Source of the DNA: Rickettsiales bacterium
GTDB lineage: Bacteria; Pseudomonadota; Alphaproteobacteria; Rickettsiales; JAJNBL01
Assembly (NCBI GenBank): GCA_021156175.1
Contig: JAJNBL010000002.1
Span: forward strand, 197,029 to 261,028
Direction of reading: 5' to 3'
DNA length: 64,000 nucleotides
In this document: positions 1 through 7,760 of the stretch, one piece after another
Position numbering within the stretch: the stretch's first letter is position 1
How the letters are laid out: each line of letters begins with the position of its first letter
Program-made: the position numbers and the translations under genes
Notes under the pieces: model-generated
Database searches by the model: none
What the model was told of the DNA's origin: nothing
Seen by the model: the letters and a program-made list of their open reading frames with translations, nothing else

Positions 1-210
1 TTTCACCTCTATCGTATTATTTACAATAATCGATTGGCCGATTTTCCGCATCAGATACAGCATACGTTGCTTTGTCCTTCATCTAACCTGCCCAAAGAAG
101 GTTCTTTGAGTAGAATTATTTACCAAAAATTTACTTCAAAGTAGAATAAGGTATAAGGAGATAAACCAAAACACCAGAAAAATATCCTGGAAACTTGGAG
201 GGTTACTACA

Positions 211-618
211 ATGCCGTTCTTAAATAGCCCAATCATGGGTGCTGCTGCTGGAAAAATGGCCTATCTTGCCGAAAGGGAGGCGGTCATCTCGGAAAATATT
301 GCCAATGCCAATACTCCGGACTACCGCGCGAAAGACCTCCCTCCTGCCGATTTTAATGCCATGATGGTTAAGCATTATAACAAGCTCCCTATGACCCGCA
401 CCTCCTCCATGCATATGCAATCGGGCTTCACCCCAACCCGTTTTGAGGTCGTGGACGATCGCCAGGCAAGCGAAACCATTCCGGTGGGGAACAACGTGGT
501 ACTCGAAGAACAGGCCTTAAAGCTTTCCGAAACCGCCACCGATTACCAACTGGCATCCAAGCTTTATACAAAAATGCACGGGATGATGCGGTTAGCGGTG
601 CAACCGAGTAATCAGTAA
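211..618 (+). CDS. flgB: flagellar basal-body rod protein FlgB
   Basis: 135 aa; N-terminal rod-protein motif ENIANANTPDYRAKDL; followed by flgC and fliE in the canonical order. Confidence 0.9.
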   Translation: MPFLNSPIMGAAAGKMAYLAEREAVISENIANANTPDYRAKDLPPADFNAMMVKHYNKLPMTRTSSMHMQSGFTPTRFEVVDDRQASETIPVGNNVVLEEQALKLSETATDYQLASKLYTKMHGMMRLAVQPSNQ

Positions 619-640
619 ATAGGAAAGGTATCGATTCGCT

Positions 641-1051
641 ATGACAGACCTTAAAACAGCGATGCGCATTTCCGCCGCCGGCATGAGGGTACAATCCGAG
701 CGTTTGAAAGTCAGCGCACAAAATATCGCCAATGTTGATTCCACGGGCAGCGCCCCTGGCGCTGAGCCTTATCGCCGGAAAACCATAACGTTTGAGAATG
801 TGCTTGATCGCGAACTCGGAGTGGAAACCGTACGCGTACAAAACATTGGGGAAGATCAAAGTCCGTTTAAGATGATGTACGATCCTTCACACGTCGCTGC
901 GGATCAAAACGGCTATGTGCTAATGCCCAACGTATCAACCCAGATTGAAACGGTTGATGCAAAAGAAGCACAACGAAGTTACGAAGCAAATGTCAGCGCA
1001 ATTGAGGTTAGCAAAACCATGTTGCGCCAAACGCTGGACATGTTACGATAG
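641..1051 (+). CDS. flgC: flagellar basal-body rod protein FlgC
   Basis: 136 aa; SAQNIANVDST near the N-terminus and C-terminal PNVSTQIETVDAKEAQRSYEANV typical of FlgC. Confidence 0.9.
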   Translation: MTDLKTAMRISAAGMRVQSERLKVSAQNIANVDSTGSAPGAEPYRRKTITFENVLDRELGVETVRVQNIGEDQSPFKMMYDPSHVAADQNGYVLMPNVSTQIETVDAKEAQRSYEANVSAIEVSKTMLRQTLDMLR

Positions 1052-1075
1052 GACAAATAATGAGGAGAGGATTTT

Positions 1076-1423
1076 ATGGTAGCAGGAGTTGATGCGTTTA
1101 TAAGTGCAGCAGCCGCTTACGGCAATGCACGCAAAATGTCCGGCTTGACCGATCCAGGTTCTAGCGCGGCGATGGGACTAGCTCCTGCGCCGGCCGCTTT
1201 AAACGACTCCCAGTTTTTTAATATCGTTAAAGGCGTGGTTGGCGAAAGTATCAATTCACTCCGTCACTCAGAAAAAATATCCGCGGCCGCCTTGGTTGAC
1301 AAAGCACCGCTACACGAAGTGGTGACCCAAATTAATGAAGCCGAAATTGCGCTACAGACCGTTGTCGCTATACGTGATAAAGCGATCGGTGCGTATCAAG
1401 ACATCCTCCGGATGCCGATATAA
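1076..1423 (+). CDS. fliE: flagellar hook-basal body complex protein FliE
   Basis: 115 aa; conserved C-terminal helix ...ALQTVVAIRDKAIGAYQDILRMPI; sits after flgBC. Confidence 0.8.
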   Translation: MVAGVDAFISAAAAYGNARKMSGLTDPGSSAAMGLAPAPAALNDSQFFNIVKGVVGESINSLRHSEKISAAALVDKAPLHEVVTQINEAEIALQTVVAIRDKAIGAYQDILRMPI

Positions 1424-1436
1424 CGATCTAAATATA

Positions 1437-1558
1437 CTTTTCGCTAGGCTGAGTTGGAAAATGCCGTTTTTCCTTAAAGCCGGAGCGGAGCGTACTTCAA
1501 GGTATGTGAGCAACGGAAGTCAGGAAAACGGCATTTAACAACCAGCATTGTAGAAAAG
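1437..1558. repeat. nested-palindrome intergenic element, family A long form (copy A1)
   Basis: About 122 bp, near-identical in architecture to 45814-45935. Shared ends CTTTTCGCTAGGCTGAG...CAGCATNGTAGAAAAG. Core GAGCGTACTTCAAGGTATGTGAGC at 1488-1511. Arm 1459-1473 pairs with 1523-1536. Confidence 0.75.
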
Positions 1559-1565
1559 GATTGCC

Positions 1566-1841
1566 ATGGAAGGGATGGAATTGCTGGAAATTGGCAATAA
1601 TGCGTTGTGGGTGTTGATTAAAATATCCCTCCCACTCATGTTGGTTGCGCTCGTCGTGGGTCTTGCGATTTCGCTTTTTCAAGCCTTGACCCAAATCCAG
1701 GAGATGACGCTTTCTTTCGTACCGAAACTGTTGGCGATTTTCTTTTCATTGATGATACTGCTTCCTTATATCGGAAATGAGTTGATGACTCTTTCCCAAG
1801 AACTTAGCAAAAAAATTGAGCATATTTCGGATGCTCCGTGA
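1566..1841 (+). CDS. fliQ: flagellar type III export protein FliQ
   Basis: 91 aa two-TM protein; 4-nt overlap with the next gene fliR; AAGGA 5 nt upstream of the ATG. Confidence 0.9.
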   Translation: MEGMELLEIGNNALWVLIKISLPLMLVALVVGLAISLFQALTQIQEMTLSFVPKLLAIFFSLMILLPYIGNELMTLSQELSKKIEHISDAP

Positions 1842-2629
1842 TGATCACATCGCTTGACGCTATCACCACCCCCGATATCTATACGTTCCTACTGGTATTC
1901 TGCCGGATAGGAACCGCAATCATGGTGATGCCGGGAATCGGTGAATCCTATATCCCCCCGCGGGTACGGTTGCTTGCAAGCCTTACTATCAGCTTGGTGT
2001 TATTGCCTACCTTAACTCCTGTATTGCCTTCAATGCCCTCGGATGTACCCAGTCTTTTCTTGGATGTGGGAGGAGAAATTACCATTGGCGCATTTATAGG
2101 GCTGCTCACCCGGATGTTCATCAGTGTCATGCATATGGCCGGGATGATCATTGCCTATCAGTCTGGCCTTGCCTCCGCCGTGATGTTTGATCCCACCTCC
2201 GAATCACAAGGAACCACGATTGGTAACTTCATGGCGCTGACCGCTGTTGCGTTATTGATGATTACCGATTTCCATCATCTGATGCTTTACGCATTACGCG
2301 ACAGCTATCATGTCTTTGCCCCTGGAGCGAAGCTGCCGGTTGGAGATATGGCAGAAACCGCCACCGCCACCTTAGCCGATGCCTTTTTGATCGCGTTACA
2401 ATTTTCCTCTCCTCATATCGTGATCGGGTTGCTATTATATTTAACGGCAGGGCTAATGTCGCGCGTGATGCCAAACATGCAGGTATTTTTCATTCTGATG
2501 CCGTTGCAGATCCTTTTGAGTATTTTTGTCATGGCTGTTACGCTATCCGGCGGGATGTTATGGTATATTGGTCATATGCAAGAGCAGATCGGGATATTTG
2601 CGGCACCTTCATCCATCTCTACACGGTAA
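1838..2629 (+). CDS. fliR: flagellar type III export protein FliR
   Basis: 263 aa polytopic membrane protein between fliQ and flhB. Confidence 0.88.
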   Translation: MMITSLDAITTPDIYTFLLVFCRIGTAIMVMPGIGESYIPPRVRLLASLTISLVLLPTLTPVLPSMPSDVPSLFLDVGGEITIGAFIGLLTRMFISVMHMAGMIIAYQSGLASAVMFDPTSESQGTTIGNFMALTAVALLMITDFHHLMLYALRDSYHVFAPGAKLPVGDMAETATATLADAFLIALQFSSPHIVIGLLLYLTAGLMSRVMPNMQVFFILMPLQILLSIFVMAVTLSGGMLWYIGHMQEQIGIFAAPSSISTR

Positions 2630-2631
2630 GT

Positions 2632-2758
2632 TATAGCATTTTCGCTTTAAGTGTAGACCAGGAGCGCAAGGTGAGGAGGCCGTAAGCGTAGTCAATCTAC
2701 GTGCAGATCGACAAATCCGATGCACGACGACGTATACACTTAATTGGAGAATGCTATA
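2632..2758. repeat. palindromic intergenic element, family B (copy B1)
   Basis: 127 bp. Terminal inverted repeats TATAGCATT (2632-2640) and AATGCTATA (2750-2758). The central ~60 nt (2664-2723) is nearly identical to the reverse complement of 46952-47079. Confidence 0.8.
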
Positions 2759-2759
2759 A

Positions 2760-3836
2760 ATGGCTGATGACGATCAGGATGAGTCCCAGAAGACGGAGGA
2801 ACCCACCCACCGTCGATTAGAAGAAGCCTTTAAGAAAGGACAAGTTCCCTTCTCCCGTGAAGTCACAAGCTTCATGATGTTGCTCGCTTTCACGATTGCG
2901 CTCCTGTGGATTGCACCGTATGCCATGCGGAACGCCACGCTCTATCTCTCAAGCTATATCGAACATTCTTACAGTATTCCGGTTGACCCGGATTCCATCC
3001 GTCCTTTAGCATTGTATATGCTGGTGGGTACCGGCTCCATTATTGCCATACCTATTTTGCTCACCCTTGTCGCTGCCTTTGCAGGAGCGCTCATGCAAAA
3101 CGGGATTGTCACCTCTTCCGAGCCCCTCATCCCCAAACTTGAAAAGATTTCGCCGCTCAAAGGCTTAAAGCGGATGTTTTCATTAAAATCCTTTATCGAA
3201 CTCCTTAAAGGGGTGGTGAAGGTCACGCTTATTGGGGTGATTGCCTATATCGCCATCTTTCCCCATTTAGGTACGCTTGAAATCCTCCATACTTACAGCA
3301 TGGCCGGGCTGCTTGCCTTTATCTGGGAGCTGGCCAAACGTATTATGATCGGTGTCGCGTGCCTCATGCTCTTTGTTGCGCTTGCGGATTTCATTTACCA
3401 ACGTTTTGAGCATCGGAAATCCTTGCGCATGTCAAAGCACGATCTAAAAGAAGAATTTAAGCAGTCCGAAGGTAACCCGGAAGTCAAAGCCAAGCTTAGA
3501 CGGCTTCGTGCAGAACGTGCACAAAAACGTATGATGGCCGCGGTTCCTACCGCCGATGTGATTATCACCAACCCAACCCACTTTGCGCTCGCACTGAAAT
3601 ATGACGTAAAAGTGATGAAAGCCCCGATGTGCGTGGCCAAAGGCCAGGACCATGTGGCCCTTAAAATCCGGGAAGTCGCAAAAGAGCACAAGATTCCGAT
3701 TGTCGAAAACCCGCCACTTGCCCGGGCACTGTTTGAAAGCGTGGAAATTGACCAAGAAATCCCGGTGAAGCATTACCAGGCTGTCGCGGAAATCATCGGA
3801 TACGTTTACAAGCTCAAAGGAAAGATACCGCGGTGA
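2760..3836 (+). CDS. flhB: flagellar type III export switch protein FlhB
   Basis: 358 aa; acidic N-terminus, 4 TM segments, autocleavage motif NPTH (ITNPTHFALALKY). Confidence 0.92.
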   Translation: MADDDQDESQKTEEPTHRRLEEAFKKGQVPFSREVTSFMMLLAFTIALLWIAPYAMRNATLYLSSYIEHSYSIPVDPDSIRPLALYMLVGTGSIIAIPILLTLVAAFAGALMQNGIVTSSEPLIPKLEKISPLKGLKRMFSLKSFIELLKGVVKVTLIGVIAYIAIFPHLGTLEILHTYSMAGLLAFIWELAKRIMIGVACLMLFVALADFIYQRFEHRKSLRMSKHDLKEEFKQSEGNPEVKAKLRRLRAERAQKRMMAAVPTADVIITNPTHFALALKYDVKVMKAPMCVAKGQDHVALKIREVAKEHKIPIVENPPLARALFESVEIDQEIPVKHYQAVAEIIGYVYKLKGKIPR

Positions 3837-3905
3837 TATCCATCGTTGCCATCTAACCCAATATCCTATAAAACCAGCAGTATAACCTAATGTACTGATT
3901 ACTCC

Positions 3906-4673
3906 ATGAGCCACCCGCAAGAAGACAACCACGTCCCGTTCGGATTTACTTCGGTAAGTCCTCAAGAGAAAACACGCAAAGTGAAGGATGTTTTCTCACG
4001 CGTGGCGCGGAAATACGACATCATGAACGATCTCATGAGTGGCGGGCTGCATCATTTCTGGAAAGATACCCTCATCCGCACGCTTGCACCAGCTCCTGGC
4101 AGTAAATTACTCGATGTGGCCGGCGGAACGGGTGATATCGCCTTTCGCTTTATAAAAGCCACGGGCGGGGCAGCAACGGGCACAGAAGTCACCGTCTGCG
4201 ACCTCAACTCTTCCATGCTCGGCGAAGGCCGGAATCGTGCAATAGACAAAGGCTTAGCGAGTGGTCTCGAATGGGTGTGTGGCAATGCGGAATCCTTGCC
4301 CGTCCCCGACAGCACGTATGATTACTACACGATTGCCTTTGGAATTCGTAACGTCACCCGCATCGAAGAGGCCTTGCGCGAAGCTTACCGTGTCCTTAAA
4401 CCCGGCGGACGATTTTTGTGCCTGGAATTTTCGCATGTGAATAACCCCTTGCTTTCAACAATTTACGATGCCTATTCGTTCCAAATTATTCCCCGTGTTG
4501 GGCAGCTGGTGGCAGGGGATCGTGATTCGTACCAATATTTGGTCGAAAGCATCCGCACCTTTCCAACCCAGGCGAATTTCAAAAAGATGCTTGATGATGC
4601 AGGTTTCTCCCAAACCTCCTACCGGAATCTTTCCGGTGGAATCGTGGCGATCCATTCGGGTTGGCGGATTTAA
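3906..4673 (+). CDS. ubiE: demethylmenaquinone/ubiquinone C-methyltransferase UbiE
   Basis: 255 aa; [24 protein letters not shown] and SAM motif [12 protein letters not shown]. Confidence 0.92.
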   Translation: MSHPQEDNHVPFGFTSVSPQEKTRKVKDVFSRVARKYDIMNDLMSGGLHHFWKDTLIRTLAPAPGSKLLDVAGGTGDIAFRFIKATGGAATGTEVTVCDLNSSMLGEGRNRAIDKGLASGLEWVCGNAESLPVPDSTYDYYTIAFGIRNVTRIEEALREAYRVLKPGGRFLCLEFSHVNNPLLSTIYDAYSFQIIPRVGQLVAGDRDSYQYLVESIRTFPTQANFKKMLDDAGFSQTSYRNLSGGIVAIHSGWRI

Positions 4674-6193
4674 GCATGTTAAAACCCCTCACCCACACGC
4701 TCCGCTTACTTCGCATTGTGACCGTCCTTGCGCGGCACGGAGCATTTCCGTTGCTGTTTCATAAACCGACCGAACCTTTTCCTTCGACCGTACGTCTTTC
4801 CCGCGCTTTTGAAAAACTAGGCCCAAGCTTCATCAAACTGGGGCAAACGCTTTCCACACGCCCCGATGTCATTGGCGAAGATGCCGCGCGCGACCTTGCA
4901 ACTCTCCAGGACCGCCTCCCACCGTTCGCTGGCGATATAGCCATTGCCTGGATTGAAAAGGAACTGGGAGCTCCGCTTGCCTCGCTGTTTTCCTCCTTCG
5001 ATAGCACTGCCATTGCCGCCGCTTCCATCGCACAAGTCCATAAGGCTGTAACGCTGGAAGGCAAAACCGTAGCCGTTAAAATCCTTCGCCCGCGTATTGA
5101 GAAAGCCTTCGCAAAAGATCTCGCCTTCTTTGCGTGGATTGCGCGCGTACTTGAACACTTCGTCCCTTCCGTCCGAAGGCTAAAACCTCGTGAAGTGGTT
5201 GCGATGTTTGCCGAAAGCGTGAAGCTCGAGATGGATTTACGTTTTGAAGCCGCAGCTGCGTCGGAACTCGCCGAAAATATGAAGAAGGATAAACACATCC
5301 GCGTGCCCGCCATTGATTGGCACCGCACCTCGCGCCGCGTGATGACGCTCGAATGGGCCGATGGCATCCCCATTCACGATCGAGAGGCACTCCTTGCCGC
5401 CGGACATGATTTAACCGGACTTGCGAACAAGCTCGCCCTCACCTTCTTTAACCAAGCCTACCGTGATGGATTCTTCCATGCGGATATGCATCCGGGCAAT
5501 CTGTTTGTGGATAAGGACGGCAATCTTGTGCCGGTCGATTTTGGTATTATGGGCCGCCTGGATCGCGAGAACCGGCTCTATGTCGCCCAAATCTTGCAAG
5601 GATTCCTCGAGCGGGATTACTTCAAAGTAGCTGAAATTCATATTAAAGCCGGCTATGTGCCCCCTTATACAAAAGTCGATTTATTTGCCCAAGCCTGCCG
5701 CTCGATCGGCGAGCCGATTATCGGCCTTCCCACCTCAAAAATCTCCGTGGCACGGCTGCTCGCCCAACTGTTTAAGGTAACTCAAGATTTCGCGATGGAA
5801 ACCCAGCCGCAGCTGCTTTTACTCCAAAAAACGATGGTACTCGTCGAAGGCCTAGGCGCTACTTTGAATCCTACTATCAATATGTGGCAGCTTGCCGAGC
5901 CCTGGATCAAAGAATGGGCGATCGACCATCTGGGCCCCGAAGCACGAATTAAGAACTACCTTAAGGACGCCTACCGTTCGGTTAAAAAACTCCCTAATCT
6001 TGTCACCACCCTAGAGCATGTGGCTTATGCCACCGCACGCGAAGGCTTTAGGCTCCATCCGGAAACTGTCCGAACGCTTGTCCGCGAACGCCACCGCCGT
6101 GCTCCGGGTGTTTCCCGTTACCCGCTGTTTCCCTGGCTGCTAGGGATCGCTATCGGCATTGCGGTAACGTTGACCCTTACCCATCTGAGCTAG
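4661..6193 (+). CDS. ubiB: ubiquinone biosynthesis regulatory kinase-like protein UbiB (ABC1 family)
   Basis: 510 aa; ABC1 motifs [11 protein letters not shown] and [12 protein letters not shown]; C-terminal TM. The track start is a TTG at 4661 overlapping the ubiE stop; an ATG at 4676 is an alternative start. Confidence 0.9.
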   Translation: MADLSMLKPLTHTLRLLRIVTVLARHGAFPLLFHKPTEPFPSTVRLSRAFEKLGPSFIKLGQTLSTRPDVIGEDAARDLATLQDRLPPFAGDIAIAWIEKELGAPLASLFSSFDSTAIAAASIAQVHKAVTLEGKTVAVKILRPRIEKAFAKDLAFFAWIARVLEHFVPSVRRLKPREVVAMFAESVKLEMDLRFEAAAASELAENMKKDKHIRVPAIDWHRTSRRVMTLEWADGIPIHDREALLAAGHDLTGLANKLALTFFNQAYRDGFFHADMHPGNLFVDKDGNLVPVDFGIMGRLDRENRLYVAQILQGFLERDYFKVAEIHIKAGYVPPYTKVDLFAQACRSIGEPIIGLPTSKISVARLLAQLFKVTQDFAMETQPQLLLLQKTMVLVEGLGATLNPTINMWQLAEPWIKEWAIDHLGPEARIKNYLKDAYRSVKKLPNLVTTLEHVAYATAREGFRLHPETVRTLVRERHRRAPGVSRYPLFPWLLGIAIGIAVTLTLTHLS

Positions 6194-6272
6194 CTTCTTC
6201 ACTTTTTATCAACTCGTTTTCTGTATGATAAAGGCAAGATAACAGCTTCATTACCGAAGCAGATAGGGTGAT

Positions 6273-6692
6273 ATGATAAACGACCTCGAAGCCAAGAAAT
6301 TCAAACCAGGAGAGTATATCTTCAAGGAAGGCGATCCTTCTTGTGATGTATACCTCATTAATCAAGGCGAAGTGGAAATCACAAAAGAAAAGAATGGCAA
6401 GACCATTGTACTTGCCAAACGTGGCTTTAATGAGATTATTGGCGAAATGGCGCTGGTGTTAGAGTCCAACGAACGCTCTGCTTCCGCCAAAGCCGTCAAA
6501 GATACCTGGTGCTATGTGCTCACCGAAGATATGTTCCGCGAACGCTTAGATAAGCTTGATCCGTTCATGCAAGGGATTGTGAAGTCACTGGTCATGAATC
6601 TCCGCCTGATGAACGAACGCCACACCTCGCTACAAACCGCGGTGGATACGCATGGCAGCGGTGGTGAAGGCGGCCCGAAAACGTATTATTAA
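6273..6692 (+). CDS. stand-alone cyclic-nucleotide-binding domain protein
   Basis: 139 aa; cNMP-binding beta-roll signature FKEGDPSCDVYLINQGEVEI...IGEMALV...RSASAKA; no attached output domain. Confidence 0.7.
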   Translation: MINDLEAKKFKPGEYIFKEGDPSCDVYLINQGEVEITKEKNGKTIVLAKRGFNEIIGEMALVLESNERSASAKAVKDTWCYVLTEDMFRERLDKLDPFMQGIVKSLVMNLRLMNERHTSLQTAVDTHGSGGEGGPKTYY

Positions 6693-7618
6693 TCCCGTAT
6701 CTTATTATATGCCGCTGCTTTATAATTCGCAGGCGTTTCTTCACACCGGTCAATCCCATAGCATTCTCTCTCCAGCACCGCCACTGCATGGCCTATTGGC
6801 GCTTTGGCATAGGCTTTAATGGGGAGCATCTGCGCATCATCGCTTAAATAAAGATCAATCACCGGATCTTCTTCTTTCATCCGCTTCAATTCACCTGTCG
6901 TAAATCCTGCAACCGCCTCACGGCTTAGGGTCACGCGGATTGCCGATTGTTTTTTGCCATTGAATTCATCAACGACTTTGCCTTGAACAATAAGTTTATA
7001 ATCCCCCAAACGCCGTCCGTCATAGATAGGGAAATGGATTTCTTGTTTTTTTCCCGCTTTTACAGCGTCCCGGATCTGTTGATGCGCAATCAAAACCACC
7101 GTATGCGGGTCAAGTGCGCTCATTTTAAGCGTAAGTTCCACCGGCGGACGTTTTCCGGGATGATCCGCAGGTGTCACCGCTTCTTTCAGTAGCTGGCCTT
7201 TGGCGTCGTAATAAAGATCAATCGCGCGGGTTTTTTTGCGTAAATTCGATTTATTATGAAACTCTACCGGCTGGTAACCGGCGGCCGTTTTCTTCAGCAC
7301 GGACCGTGTTTCATTTCGATATTTAGTGACCTTCGCCATGCCTTTGGCCTCTAAGCGGCTGGTCATATAGTAAAGCCCGTCCTTCTCTTCAATTTGGACG
7401 AACATATTCCCCACATGCGCGTTCATCCAATAAGCCTTATACCAGCGCGTCACATTCGTACGTTCTTTCGGAGCCGTCAGAGAACTGACCGGAGGCTTTG
7501 TTTTTTTGACCGTGTTTTGTGTTGTGGCATGGGCCAACGGGCTAATACAGAGCATTCCCACAAGCCCAAGGATAATGGCTCTATTCCGATAGGCAGAAAA
7601 ATAAGAGTGTGTTTGCAA
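6689..7618 (-). CDS. secreted protein, DUF3108-like (tentative)
   Basis: 309 aa; N-terminal signal peptide (ILGLVGMLCISPLAHA). The overall pattern resembles DUF3108 proteins; assignment from memory only. Confidence 0.45.
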   Translation of the reverse strand: MQTHSYFSAYRNRAIILGLVGMLCISPLAHATTQNTVKKTKPPVSSLTAPKERTNVTRWYKAYWMNAHVGNMFVQIEEKDGLYYMTSRLEAKGMAKVTKYRNETRSVLKKTAAGYQPVEFHNKSNLRKKTRAIDLYYDAKGQLLKEAVTPADHPGKRPPVELTLKMSALDPHTVVLIAHQQIRDAVKAGKKQEIHFPIYDGRRLGDYKLIVQGKVVDEFNGKKQSAIRVTLSREAVAGFTTGELKRMKEEDPVIDLYLSDDAQMLPIKAYAKAPIGHAVAVLERECYGIDRCEETPANYKAAAYNKIRD

Positions 7619-7655
7619 GGAAGTAATCCTCGTGAGGTTGGACTTTTACAGCCTA

Positions 7656-7683
7656 CTTGAAACCCATAAAACATTTCTTATAT
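7656..7683 (+). promoter_or_regulatory. sigma-32 (RpoH)-type heat-shock promoter for clpB
   Basis: CTTG (7656-7659), 17-nt spacer, CTTATAT (7677-7683). This fits the alphaproteobacterial CTTG-N17/18-CYTATNT pattern and lies about 80 nt upstream of clpB. Confidence 0.5.
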
Positions 7684-7760
7684 ATTTTATATATGCCTTA
7701 GTATACTACCGGGGAGTGTAGCAGAACTCCCTAAAAGAAACAATTCGGGGTTAACACGTT

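Noticed and set aside
120-134. TTAC-N7-TTAC upstream of flgB as a CtrA-like site, flanked by direct AGTAGAAT repeats
   Set aside because: Both half-sites deviate from TTAA, and a single occurrence is not enough. It is noted only as a place to look if the organism has CtrA.
1335-1538. A 67-aa ORF spanning the fliE 3' end and repeat A1
   Set aside because: It overlaps fliE out of frame and continues through the palindromic repeat. It is a repeat-derived artefact.
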